DNA of 64,000 nt, taken from assembly GCF_032444005.1 (NCBI RefSeq), contig NC_091290.1, positions 151,032,001 to 151,096,000 of the forward strand. The letters run 5' to 3'. The position numbers and the translations under genes are program-made. How positions within the stretch are numbered: the stretch's first letter is position 1; every line of letters begins with the position of its first letter. The DNA comes from Ranitomeya imitator. Taxonomy: Eukaryota. Positions 1-13,269 of this stretch are shown one piece after another. A model generated the notes under the pieces. The model was given only the letters and a program-made list of their open reading frames with translations. It was not told the origin of the DNA and did not search any database.

Positions 1-895
1 ACTGGGGTGTGTGTCTTCCAGCCCTCGGCTCATTAGGTGGAGGGGACTGGGGGTGTGTGTCTTCCAGCACTCGGCTCATTAGGTGGAGGGGACTGGGGGT
101 GTGTGTTGTCCAGCACTCGGCTCATTAGGTGGAGGGGACTGGGGGTGTGTGTCGTCCAGCACTATGCTCATTAGGTGGAGGGGACTGGGATTGGGGGGGG
201 GGGTGTCGTCCAGCAGTCTGCTCATTGGGTGGAGGGGACTGGGGGGTGTGTCCTCCAGCACTCGGCTCATTAGGTGGAGAGGACTGAGCGTGTGTGTCGT
301 CCAGCACTCGGCTCATTAAGTGGAGGGGACTGAGCATGTGTGACTTCCAGCCCTCGGCTCATTAGGTGGAGGGTACTGGGGTGTGTGTCTTCCAGCCCTC
401 GGCTCATTAGGTGGAGGGGACTGGGGTGTGTGTCTTCCAGCACTCGGCTCATTAGGTGGAGAGGACTGGGGGTGTGTGTCGTCCAGCACTCAGCTCATTA
501 GGTGGAGGGGACTGAGCATGTGTGACTTCCAGCCCTCGGCTCATTAGGTGGAGGGTACTGGGGTGTGTGTCTTCCAGCGCTCGGCTCATTAGGTGGAGGG
601 GACTGGGGGGGTGTGTTGTCCAGCACTCGGCTCATTAGGTGGAGGGGACTGGGATGGGGGGGGCGGGGGGCTTTGTCGTCCAGCACTCTGCTCATTGGGT
701 GGAGGGGACTGGGGGGGGTGTCCTCCAGCACTCGGCTCATTAGGTGGAGGGGACTGAGCGTGTGTGTCGTCCAGCACTCGGCTCATTAGGTGGAGGGGAC
801 TGGGGTGTGTGTCGTCCAGCACTCGGCTCATTAGGTAGAGGTGACTGAGCGTGTGTGTCGTCCAGCACTCTGCTCATTAGTTGGAGGGGACTGGG
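1..895. repeat. G-rich minisatellite, ~45-bp unit, runs off the window start
   Basis: Unit ACTGGGGTGTGTGTCTTCCAGCACTCGGCTCATTAGGTGGAGGGG recurs at 1, 46, ...; G-tract length varies. Confidence 0.95.
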
Positions 896-1109
896 TGGTG
901 TGTCCTGGTGTGAACACCAGGGGGTGCCATACTATGTATGTCAGATCTCTATAGGGCAGGGTTGGGCAATTAATTTTCTCGAGGGGCAACATGAGAGACC
1001 ATGACTGTTGTGGAGGGCTGAACTAATAGCTTGAAATTAATTCTACTTACAATTAATATTAATAAGTTAATATTATCACTTAATATTCTGCCTAATTAAG
1101 TATGCTGAC

Positions 1110-2010
1110 ACCCCCTATATATCTTTGAACCCTCCCACAGCCCCTATATACAGCATGAGCCTCACAAAGCCTACTACAAATGCAGCATGAGCCCCACACA
1201 GCTTCCCCATGTACGTCATGAGCCCCACACAGCCTCCCCATGTACAGCATGAGCCCCACACAGCATCCCTATATACAGCATGAGTCCCACACAGCCTCCC
1301 TATATACAGCATGAGCCCCACACAGCCTCCCTATGTACAGCATGAACCCCTCACAGCTTCCCCATGTACGGCATGAGCCCCACACAGCCTCCCCATGTAC
1401 AGCATGAGCCCCACACAGCCTCCCCATGTACAGCATGAGCCACACACAGCCTCCCCATGTACAGCATGATCCACACACAGCCTCCCCATGTATGGCATGA
1501 ACCCCACACAGCCTCCCTATATACGACATGATCCACACACAGCCTCGCCATGTATGGCATGAACCCCACACAGCCTCCCTATATACGACATGATCCCCAC
1601 ACAGCCTCCCCATGTATGGCATGAACCCCACACAGCCTCCCTATATACGACATGATCCACACACAGCCTCCCCATGTATGGCATGAACCCCACACAGCCT
1701 CCCTATATACGACATGATCCCCACACAGCCTCCCCATGTACAGCATGAGCCCTACAAAGCCTCCCCATGTACAGAATGAGCCCCAGTTTTCCCATATACT
1801 TAATGAGGCCCCACACAGCCTCCTCATAAACTGCATCGGCCACACACAGACACACTTCTTATATACAGCATGAGCCCCAAAGTCTCTCCACATACTGAAT
1901 GAGACCCCACACAGCCTCCCATATACTGCATGAGGCCCCCATAGCCTCCCTGTGTGCAGCATGACACCCCCATAGCTTCCCCATGTGCAGCATGTCACCC
2001 TCATAGAATC
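1110..2010. repeat. 31-bp minisatellite inside the hAT element
   Basis: Unit CCCACACAGCCTCCCCATGTACAGCATGAGC, period 31 (1381 to 1412); degenerate at the edges. Confidence 0.9.
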
Positions 2011-3387
2011 CCCATGTTCACCCCATAGAATCCCCATGTTCACCCCCATAGAATTTCCATGTTCACCCCCATAGAATCCCCATGTTCACCCCATAGAATC
2101 CCCATGTTCACCCCCATAGAATTTCCATGTTCACCCCCATAGAATCCCCATGTTCACCCCATAGAATCCCCATGTTCACCCCATAGAATCCCCATGTTCA
2201 CCCCATAGAATCTCCATGTGCACCCCATAGAATCTCCATGTGCACCCCATAGAATCCTCATGTTCACCCCATAGAATCTCCATGTTCACCCCCATAGAAT
2301 CTCCATGTACACCCCATAGAATCCTCATGTTCACCCCATAGAATCTCCATGTTCACCCCATAGAATCCCCATGTTCACCCCATAGAATTTCCATGTTCAC
2401 CCCCATAGAATACCCATGTTCACCCCCATAGAATCCTCATGTTCACCCCCATAGAATCTCCATGTTCACCCCCATAGAATCTCCATGTTCACCCCCATAG
2501 AATCTCCATGTTCACCCCATAGAATCCCCATGTTCACCCCATAGAATCTCCATGTTCACCCCCATAGAATCCCCATGTTCACCCCATAGAATCTCCATGT
2601 TCACCCCCATAGAATCCCCATGTTCACCACATAGAATCCCCATGTTCACCCCCATAGAATCCCCATGTTCACCCCATAGAATCCCCATGTTCACCCCATA
2701 GAATCCCCATGTTCACCCCATAGAATCTCCATGTTCACCCCCATAGAATCCCCATGTTCACCCCATAGAATCTCCATGTTCACCCCATAGGTACCCCATG
2801 TTCACCCCATAGAATCCCCATGTTCACCCCATAGAATCTCCATGTTCACCCCCATAGAATCCCCATGTTCACCCCATAGAATCTCCATGTTCACCCCCAT
2901 AGAATCCCCATGTTCACCCCATAGAATCTCCATGTTCACCCCATAGAATCCCCATGTTCACCCCATAGAATCTCCATGTGCACCCCATAGAATCCCCATG
3001 TTCACCCCCATAGAATCCCCATGTTCACCCCATAGAATCCCCATGTTCATCCCATAGAATCTCCATGTTCACCCCCATAGAATCCTCATGTTCACCCCAT
3101 AGAATCCCCAAGTTCACCCCATAGAATCTCCATGTTCACCCCCATAGAATCTCCATGTTCACCCCCATAGAATCCCCATGTTCACCCCCATAGAATCACC
3201 ATGTTCACCCCATAGAATCTCCATGTTCACCCCCATAGAATCCCCATGTTCACCCCCATAGAATCCCCATGTTCACCCCATAGAATCTCCATGTTCACCC
3301 CCATAGAATCTCCATGTTCACCCCCATAGAATCCCCATGTTCACCCCCATAGAATCCTCATGTTCACCCCCATAGAATCCCCATGTT
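2005..3387. repeat. 22-23-bp minisatellite inside the hAT element
   Basis: Unit ATAGAATCCCCATGTTCACCCC(C), about 60 copies. Confidence 0.95.
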
Positions 3388-3709
3388 CATACACATGAAA
3401 AAAAAACAAAAAAAACCACACCCCATACTTACCTCGGTCCCGTTTCCAGGCGCCCTGCTTCTGTTGCTGTCTCCGATGCGCTGACTCTCTGCTGACTCTG
3501 ACATGACGTCATCGCGTCAGCTGTTTCACTCGCTGATTGGTGGAGGAATTGTCCGGAGGCCCCTCCTCCACCAATGCTGAGTGCGGGAGACGGCGAGCAA
3601 GTGGGTACGGGGCGGCCCGCGGACCTCAGGTTTTCGGCCCCACTTTGCCCAGGTCTGCTCTAGAGAAATGGTGAATACACGATCTGTGCAATGAATTTGC
3701 TTGTTGTAA

Positions 3710-4035
3710 GGGTATGTGCACACGTCCGGATTTCTAGCAGAAATTTCCTGACAAAAAACGGACATTTCTGCCATAAATCCGCATGCGTTTTTTTTTGCGG
3801 TTTTTATGCGTTTTTGATGTGTTTTTTTTGCGTTTCTTCCCAATGCATTATATAGCGGGAAAAACGTGAAAAATCCGCAAAATTAATGAACATGCTGCTT
3901 TTTTTTACCGTGATGCGTTTTTTCGCGCAAAGAAACGCTTCATGTGCACAATAATTGCAGAATGCATTCTAAATGATAGGATGCATAATGTATGCGGTTT
4001 TTATCGCGAAAAATCCTGAACGTGTGCACATACCC
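3710..4035. mobile_element. Palindromic MITE, probably PIF/Harbinger-type
   Basis: Perfect 16-bp TIR GGGTATGTGCACACGT (3710-3725) / ACGTGTGCACATACCC (4020-4035); TAA/TTA flanks; non-coding interior. Confidence 0.85.
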
Positions 4036-4699
4036 TTAATATTCTGCACTCATATGAGTCGCGGGTCGGGGCCGCTCTGTTCTGATCGTGCTCCACAGAA
4101 TGATTGTAAATTGATTTCAGACGGATCGGCCTTTGCTGGAATTAATGAATGCAGAGTGAGTCTGAGCTCGCTCCCTACATGCTGTTAATTCGCGGCAGCG
4201 CTGACCTCTTCCTCCAGCAGAAATGCGTGTGATAATGATGGCCGCCTAATGACCCGTGTGCAGCGCGCTGCGTGTAAGAGCAGCGCCCAGTGTGTAGGGC
4301 GCACGTACGCCTCCGCTCGCTGCGGCGCTCAGGTGTGGCGAGGCTGATGTGACACTGATGAAGATAGATAGGTGTGAGTATCCAGAGCCGATGGCGCGCC
4401 ACACGCTGCCAGATCCCCTCCGTACGGCGCCATAATATCACTGTCTCTCCCAGGAAAATAATCCATACATCTAACTGCGCTGCGAACGTCCCCCCGACCT
4501 CAGCCGACCTTTTGGTGGTCATCTGGATTCTGTGCAGGGCGATTAATGTGATCAGCGGGGCTTTTGTGGGTCTCCAAACTGGTGGTGTTCATATCCCTTC
4601 ATTTATATAAAATAGTGCAATCATCTGCTGATGGTGAGAGAAGATAGAGGTGTAATAATCTGCAGAAAATATCGCCATCGGTCATAAGGTAGAGAATCA

Positions 4700-7553
4700 A
4701 TGTTCTGCAGAAAGGTCAGTGGTGTAATAATCTGCAGGATATATCACTATGTATCTGTCAGGAGGTGGAGGAGCGATGCTCTGCAGAAAGGTCAGTGGTG
4801 TAATAATCTGCAGGATATATCACTATGTATCTGTCAGGAGGTGGAGAAGTGATGCTCTGCAGAGAGGACAGTGGTGTAATATGCAGGATATATCACTATG
4901 TATCTGTCAGGAGGTGGAGGAGCGATGCTCTGCAGAAAGGTCAATGGTGTAATAATCTCTGTCAGGAGGTGGAGGAGCGATGCTCTGCAGAGAGGTCAGT
5001 GGTGTAATAATCTGCAGGGTAGATCACTGTGTATCTGTCAGGAGGTGGAGGAGCGATGCTCTGCAGAAAGGTCAGTGGTGTAATAATCTGCAGGATATAT
5101 CACTATGTATCTGTCAGGAGGTGGAGAAGTGATGCTCTGCAGAGAGGACAGTGGTGTAATATGCAGGATATATCACTATGTATCTGTCAGGAGGTGGAGG
5201 AGCGATGCTCTGCAGAAAGGTCAATGGTGTAATAATCTCTGTCAGGAGGTGGAGGAGCGATGCTCTGCAGAGAGGTCAGTGGTGTAATAATCTGCAGGAT
5301 ATATCACTGTGTATCTGTCAGGAGGTGGAGGAGCGATGCTCTGCAGAGAGGTCAGTGGTGTAATAATCTGCAGGGTAGATCACTGTGTATCTGTCAGGAG
5401 GTGGAGGAGCGATGCTCTGCAGAAAGGTCAATGGTGTAATAATCTCTGTCAGGAGGTGGAGGAGCGATGCTCTGCAGAGAGGTCAGTGGTGTAATAATCT
5501 GCAGGGTAGATCACTGTGTATCTGTCAGGAGGTGGAGGAGCGCTGTTCTGCAGATAGGTCAGTGGTGTAATAATCTGCAGTATATATCACTGTATCTGTC
5601 AGGAGGTGGAGGAGCGATGCTCTGCAGAGAGGTCAGTGGTGTAATAATCTGCAGGATATATCACTATGTATCTGTCAGGAGGTGGAGGAGCGATGCTCTG
5701 CAGAGAGGTCAGTGGTGTAATAATCTGCAGGATATATCACTGTGTATCTGTCAGGAGGTGGAGGAGCGATGCTCTGCAGAGAGGTCAGTGGTGTAATAAT
5801 CTGCAGGATATATCACTATGTATCTGTCAGGAGGTGGAGGAGCGATGCTCTGCAGAGAGGTCAGTGGTGTAATAATCTGCAGGATATATCACTCTGTATC
5901 TGTCAGGAGGTGGAGGAGCGATGCTCTGCAGAGAGGTCAGTGGTGTAATAATCTGCAGAATATATCACTATGTATCTGTTAGGAGGTGGAGGAGCGATGC
6001 TCTGCAGAGAGGTCAGTGGTCTAATAATCTGCAGTATATATCACTGTATCTGTCAGGAGGTGGAGAAGCGATGCTCTGCAGAGAGGTCAGTGGTGTAATA
6101 ATCTGCAGGATATATCACTCTGTATCTGTCAGGAGGTGGAGGAGCGATGCTCTGCAGAGAGGTCAGTGGTGTAATAATCTGCAGGATATATCACTCTGTA
6201 TCTGTCAGGAGGTGGAGGAGCGATGCTCTGCAGAGAGGTCAGTGGTGTAATAATCTGCAGAATATATCACTATGTATCTGTTAGGAGGTGGAGGAGCGAT
6301 GCTCTGCAGAGAGGTCAGTGGTGTAATAATCTGCAGGATATATCACTATGTATCTGTCAGGAGGTGGAGGAGCGATGCTCTGCAGAGAGGTCAGTGGTGT
6401 AATAATCTGCAGGATATATCACTGTGTATCTGTCAGGAGGTGGAGGAGCGATGCTCTGCAGAGAGGTCAGTGGTATAATAATCTGCAGGATATATCACTC
6501 TGTATCTGTCAGGAGGTGGAGGAGCGATGCTCTGCAGAGAGGTCAGTGGTGTAATAATCTGCAGGATATATCACTACGTATCTGTCAGGAGGTGGAGGAG
6601 CGATGCTCTGCAGAGAGGTCAGTGGTGTAATAATCTGCAGGATATATCACTGTGTATCTGTCAGGAGGTGGAGGAGCGATGCTCTGGAGAGAGGTCAGTG
6701 GTGTAATAATCTGCAGGATATATCACTCTGTATCTGTCAGGAGGTGGAGGAGCGATGCTCTGCAGAGAGGTCAGTGGTGTAATAATCTGCAGGATATATC
6801 ACTGTGTATCTGTCAGGAGGTGGAGGAGCGATGCTCTGGAGAGAGGTCAGTGGTGTAATAATCTGCAGGATATATCACTCTGTATCTGTCAGGAGGTGGA
6901 GGAGCGATGCTCTGCAGAGAGGTCAGTGGTGTAATAATCTGCAGGATATATCACTACGTATCTGTCAGGAGGTGGAGGAGCGATGCTCTGCAGAGAGGTC
7001 AGTGGTGTAATAATCTGCAGGATATATCACTGTGTATCTGTCAGGAGGTGGAGGAGCGATGCTCTGGAGAGAGGTCAGTGGTGTAATAATCTGCAGGATA
7101 TATCACTCTGTATCTGTCAGGAGGTGGAGGAGCGATGCTCTGCAGAGAGGTCAGTGGTGTAATAATCTGCAGGATATATCACTATGTATCTGTCAGGAGG
7201 TGGAGGAGCGATGCTCTGCAGAGAGGTCAGTGGTGTAATAATCTGCAGGATATATCACTGTGTATCTGTCAGGAGGTGGAGGAGCGATGCTCTGCAGAGA
7301 GGTCAGTGGTGTAATAATCTGCAGGATATATCACTATGTATCTGTCAGGAGGTGGAGGAGCGATGCTCTGCAGAGAGGTCAGTGGTGTAATAATCTGCAG
7401 GATATATCACTACGTATCTGTCAGGAGGTGGAGGAGCGATGCTCTGCAGAGAGGTCAGTGGTGTAATAATCTGTAGTATATATTACTATGTATCTGTCAG
7501 GAGGTGGAGGAGCGATGCTCTGCAGGGAGGTCAGTGGTGTAATAATCTGCAGG
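4700..7553. repeat. 76-bp minisatellite
   Basis: Unit GTGGTGTAATAATCTGCAGGATATATCACTATGTATCTGTCAGGAGGTGGAGGAGCGATGCTCTGCAGAGAGGTCA; ORF track repeats every 76 nt; deleted 73- and 55-bp units near the 5' end. Confidence 0.97.
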
Positions 7554-7899
7554 TTATAACACTTTATTTCTGCTGTATATTTGATGCTTTCCAGCGTCCT
7601 TCTGAGGTCGGGCTGTCATCGAATGTCTCTCCAGTAATGTCTGCCGTCCTGCTGCTGATCAGAGACCTTAGTGATGGTGGCAGAGCTGTGTGACACCTGA
7701 AATAATGCGTCTTTCACATCACGGCACGTGACGGCGATCCTCAGGTTTATTCTGTTCTTCAGAGGAAATGAGATAAACGATCCACTGAGGATGAGAAGTG
7801 ACAAGATGACATCTGGCGGGGAATCTGCCATCCAGCTGTAGACAGTGCTCCTGCCATACCTGCGCCAGGACGGCGGCAGAGGCGGCATTAACCACTTAC

Positions 7900-7937
7900 C
7901 TGCTGGACGATAAAGAAGGCAATTTCATGTAGAAAGC
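7900..7937 (-). other. Candidate 38-nt internal exon of an unidentified gene
   Basis: Minus strand: atcattcttcttatAG|GCTTTCTACATGAAATTGCCTTCTTTATCGTCCAGCAG|GTAAGT; consensus donor, plausible acceptor, two open frames; peptide not recognised. Confidence 0.25.
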
Positions 7938-7975
7938 CTATAAGAAGAATGATGATCACTAATAAGCTGCGTTCT

Positions 7976-10900
7976 TTGTGATGTCACCGCTGATCTCTGG
8001 TGATGGATAGGAGGCATTCTCAGTGATGTCACCTCTGATCTCTGGTGATGGATAGGAGACATTCTCAGTGATGTCACCTCTGATCTCTGGTGATGGATAG
8101 GAGGCATTCTCAGTGATGTCACCTCTGATCTCTGGTGATGGATAGGAGACATTCTCAGTGATGTCACCGCTGATCTCTGGTGATGGATAGGAGACATTCT
8201 CAGTGATGTCACCTCTGATCTCTGGTGATGGATAGGAGGCATTCTCAGTGATGTCACCGCTGATCTCTGGTGATGGATAGGAGGCATTCTCAGTGATGTT
8301 ACCGCTGATCTCTAGTGATGGATAGGAGGCATTCTCAGTGATGTCACCGCTGTTCTCTGGTGATGGATAGGAGACATTCTCAGTGATGTTACCGCTGATC
8401 TCTAGTGATGGATAGGAGGCATTCTCAGTGATGTCACCGCTGTTCTCTGGTGATGGATAGGAGATATTCTCAGTGATGTCACCTCTGATCTCTGGTGATG
8501 GATAGGAGGCATTCTCAGTGATGTCACCGCTGATCTCTGGTGATGGATAGGAGACATTCTCAGTGATGTCACCGCTGATCTCTGGTGATGGATAGGAGGC
8601 ATTCTCGGTGATGTCACCGCTGATCTCTGGTGATGGATAGGAGGCATTCTCAGTGATGTCACCGCTGATCTCTGGTGATGGATAGGAGGCATTCTCAGTG
8701 ATGTCACCTCTGATCTCTGGTGATGGATAGGAGGCATTCTCAGTGATGTCACCGCTGATCTCTGGTGATGGATAGGAGGCATTCTCAGTGATGTCACCGC
8801 TGATCTCTGGTGATGGATAGGAGGCATTCTCAGTGATGTCACCGCTGATCTCTGGTGATGGATAGGAGGCATTCTCAGTGATGTCACCGCTGATCTCTGT
8901 TGATGGATAGGAGACATTCTCAGTGATGTCACCGCTGATCTCTGGTGATGGATAGGAGACATTCTCAGTGATGTCACCGCTGATCTCTGGTGATGGATAG
9001 GAGGCATTCTCAGTGATGTCACCGCTGATCTCTGGTGATGGATAGGAGGCATTCTCAGTGATGTCACCGCTGATCTCTGGTGATGGATAGGAGGCATTTT
9101 CAGTGATGTCACCGCTGATCTCTGGTGATGGATAGGAGACATTCTCAGTGATGTCACCTCTGATCTCTGGTGATGGATAGGAGGCATTCTCAGTGATGTC
9201 ACCTCTGATCTCTGGTGATGGATAGGAGACATTCCCAGTGATGTCACCTCTGATCTCTGGTGATGGATAGGAGGCATTCTCAGTGATGTCACCTCTGATC
9301 TCTGGTGATGGATAGGAGGCATTCTCAGTGATGTCACCGCTGATCTCTGGTGATGGACAGGAGGCATTCTCAGTGATGTCACCGCTGATCTCTGGTGATG
9401 GATAGGAGACATTCTCAGTGATGTCACCGCTGATCTCTGGTGATGGATAGGAGGCATTCTCAGTGATGTCACCTCTGATCTCTGGTGATGGATAGGAGAC
9501 ATTCTCAGTGATGTCACCTCTGATCTCTGGTGATGGATAGGAGGCATTCTCAGTGATGTCACCGCTGATCTCTGGTGATGGATAGGAGGCATTCTCAGTG
9601 ATGTCACCTCTGATCTCTGGTGATGGATAGGAGACATTCTCAGTGATGTCACCTCTGATCTCTGGTGATGGATAGGAGGCATTCTCAGTGATGTCACCTC
9701 TGATCTCTGGTGATGGATAGGAGACATTCTCAGTGATGTCACCGCTGATCTCTGGTGATGGATAGGAGACATTCTCAGTGACGTCACCTCTGATCTCTGG
9801 TGATGGATAGGAGACATTCTCAGTGACGTCACCTCTGATCTCTGGTGATGGATAGGAGGCATTCTCAGTGACGTCACCTCTGATCTCTGGTGATGGATAG
9901 GAGGCATTCTCAGTGATGTCACCGCTGATCTCTGGTCATGGATAGGAGGCATTCTCAGTGATGTCACCGCTGATCTCTGGTCATGGATAGGAGGCATTCT
10001 CAGTGATGTCACCGCTGATCTCTGGTGATGGATAGGAGGCATTCTCAGTGATGTCACCGCTGATCTCTGGTGATGGATAGGAGACATTCTCAGTGATGTC
10101 ACCGCTGATCTCTGGTGATGGATAGGAGACATTCTCAGTGATGTCACCGCTGATCTCTGGTGATGGATAGGAGGCATTCTCGGTGATGTCACCGCTGATC
10201 TCTGGTGATGGATAGGAGGCATTCTCGGTGATGTCACCGCTGATCTCTGGTGATGGATAGGAGGCATTCTCGGTGATGTCACCTCTGATCTCTGGTGATG
10301 GATAGGAGGCATTCTCAGTGATGTCACCGCTGATCTCTGGTGATGGATAGGAGGCATTCTCAGTGATGTCACCGCTGATCTCTGGTGATGGATAGGAGGC
10401 ATTCTCAGTGATGTCACCGCTGATCTCTGGTGATGGATAGGAGGCATTCTCAGTGATGTCACCGCTGATCTCTGTTGATGGATAGGAGACATTCTCAGTG
10501 ATGTCACCGCTGATCTCTGGTGATGGATAGGAGACATTCTCAGTGATGTCACCGCTGATCTCTGGTGATGGATAGGAGGCATTCTCAGTGATGTCACCGC
10601 TGATCTCTGGTGATGGATAGGAGGCATTCTCAGTGATGTCACCGCTGATCTCTGGTGATGGATAGGAGGCATTTTCAGTGATGTCACCGCTGATCTCTGG
10701 TGATGGATAGGAGACATTCTCAGTGATGTCACCTCTGATCTCTGGTGATGGATAGGAGGCATTCTCAGTGATGTCACCTCTGATCTCTGGTGATGGATAG
10801 GAGACATTCCCAGTGATGTCACCTCTGATCTCTGGTGATGGATAGGAGGCATTCTCAGTGATGTCACCTCTGATCTCTGGTGATGGATAGGAGGCATTCT

Positions 10901-12466
10901 CAGTGATGTCACCGCTGATCTCTGGTGATGGACAGGAGGCATTCTCAGTGATGTCACCGCTGATCTCTGGTGATGGACAGGAGGCATTCTCAGTGATGTC
11001 ACCGCTGATCTCTGGTGATGGATAGGAGACATTCTCAGTGATGTCACCGCTGATCTCTGGTGATGGATAGGAGGCATTCTCAGTGATGTCACCTCTGATC
11101 TCTGGTGATGGATAGGAGACATTCTCAGTGATGTCACCTCTGATCTCTGGTGATGGATAGGAGGCATTCTCAGTGATGTCACCGCTGATCTCTGGTGATG
11201 GATAGGAGGCATTCTCAGTGATGTCACCTCTGATCTCTGGTGATGGATAGGAGACATTCTCAGTGATGTCACCTCTGATCTCTGGTGATGGATAGGAGGC
11301 ATTCTCAGTGATGTCACCTCTGATCTCTGGTGATGGATAGGAGACATTCTCAGTGATGTCACCGCTGATCTCTGGTGATGGATAGGAGACATTCTCAGTG
11401 ACGTCACCTCTGATCTCTGGTGATGGATAGGAGGCATTCTCAGTGATGTCACCTCTGATCTCTGGTGATGGATAGGAGGCATTCTCAGTGATGTCACCGC
11501 TGATCTCTGGTCATGGATAGGAGGCATTCTCAGTGATGTCACCGCTGATCTCTGGTGATGGATAGGAGGCATTCTCAGTGATGTCACCGCTGATCTCTGG
11601 TGATGGATAGGAGGCATTCTCAGTGATGTCACCGCTGATCTCTGGTGATGGATAGGAGGCATTCTCAGTGATGTCACCGCTGATCTCTGTTGATGGATAG
11701 GAGACATTCTCAGTGATGTCACCGCTGATCTCTGGTGATGGATAGGAGACATTCTCAGTGATGTCACCGCTGATCTCTGGTGATGGATAGGAGGCATTCT
11801 CAGTGATGTCACCGCTGATCTCTGGTGATGGATAGGAGGCATTCTCAGTGATGTCACCGCTAATCTCTGGTGATGGATAGGAGGCATTCTCAGTGATGTC
11901 ACCTCTGATCTCTGGTGATGGATAGGAGACATTCTCAGTGATGTCACCTCTGATCTCTGGTGATTGATAGGAGACATTCTCAGTGATGTCACCGCTGATC
12001 TCTGGTGATGGATAGGAGGCATTCTCAGTGATGTCACCGCTGATCTCTGGTGATGGATAGGAGACATTCTCAGTGATGTCACCTCTGATCTCTGGTGATG
12101 GATAGGAGGCATTCTCAGTGATGTCACCTCTGATCTCTGGTGATGGATAGGAGGCATTCTCAGTGATGTCACCTCTGATCTCTGGTGATGGACAGGAGAC
12201 ATTCTCAGTGATGTCACCTCTGATCTCTGGTGATGGATAGGAGACATTCTCAGTGATGTCACCTCTGATCTCTGGTGATGGATAGGAGGCATTCTCAGTG
12301 ATGTCACCGCTGATCTCTGGTGATGGATAGGAGACATTCTCAGTGATGTCACCGCTGATCTCTGGTGATGGATAGGAGACATTCTCAGTGATGTCACCTC
12401 TGATCTCTGGTGATGGATAGGAGACATTCTCAGTGATGTCACCGCTGATCTCTGGTGATGGATAGG
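7976..12466. repeat. 45-bp minisatellite, ~100 copies
   Basis: Unit CTCAGTGATGTCACC(G/T)CTGATCTCTGGTGATGGATAGGAG(G/A)CATT; constant period 45; source of the 1373-aa repetitive minus-strand ORF. Confidence 0.98.
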
Positions 12467-13269
12467 TGGAATGTGAATGTCCTTAGGGGAAACTTTTGCT
12501 CTTTGTCCCCAGGGGAGGATCATTCGCTCTTGTTGGGGAGGGTTTATGACTGCTGCGCAGTTAATGATTGATGTGATGGGGTGTGTTGTGTAGTGGGATG
12601 CAGGGTATGGGGTGTAGTGAGATGTTGTGGGGTATAGATGCAGAATGTCGATAACCCCTCACTCTCCGGAGGGGCCCTAATGTTACAGTAGATCCATTAA
12701 GCAGAACGTGATCTAGCCCTTGCGAGTGACTGATGTGTCTGCGGATTCCGACCTCCTTATTCTGATCCGTCTAGAGCGATGTCTTGTGTTCTGTGTAATC
12801 AGCACAAATCACAGTCCTATTTCCCGCGAGTCGTGAACCTTGTGCATCCATCAGACGGGCGGATCACTGTCCGGGTGTTATCACCCGCTGTCTGCACAGT
12901 TCATTCTTGTGCTGATTTCTTCTCTACAGCGTATATTTTGGTAACCGCAGTAAATCATAGCTGCAATAAAGCACAAAAATCCGACCTTGGGCGCAGATGT
13001 GAAGGTGTTAATGGTATGGGGCAGGGAACGATTCTTATGTGATTCTGCTTTTTTATTCTTTTTTTCTGGGCAAGGAACCCCTTTTAATGTGAAATTTGCA
13101 TAATGTTTCCTGGGTTATACATTAGGGTTTATCCCCCTGTACTGCCCAGCCCAGGTGACTGCCGGTGACCCCGCCGCCGTGGGTCCGGCCCCGCACTGTA
13201 GCGTTTCATACTGGCCTGTAATGTCGTTAGAGGACATCTCTGCGCCTGCCGCGCTTCGTGTTCTTCCCA

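Larger units (their letters stand above)
957..3657. mobile_element. Non-autonomous hAT (Charlie-like) DNA transposon with internal minisatellites
   Basis: Left end CAGGGTTGGGCAA (957); right end TTGCCCAGGTCTG (ends 3657). 8-bp flanks CTATAGGG (949-956) and CTCTAGAG (3658-3665) are 6/8 identical; the right one fits the nTCTAGAn Charlie target preference. Confidence 0.7.

Noticed and set aside
1-895. G-quadruplex array or telomere-associated repeat
   Set aside because: G-runs exist, but two of the four per unit are only GG. No TTAGGG tracts occur in the window, so nothing specific is supported.
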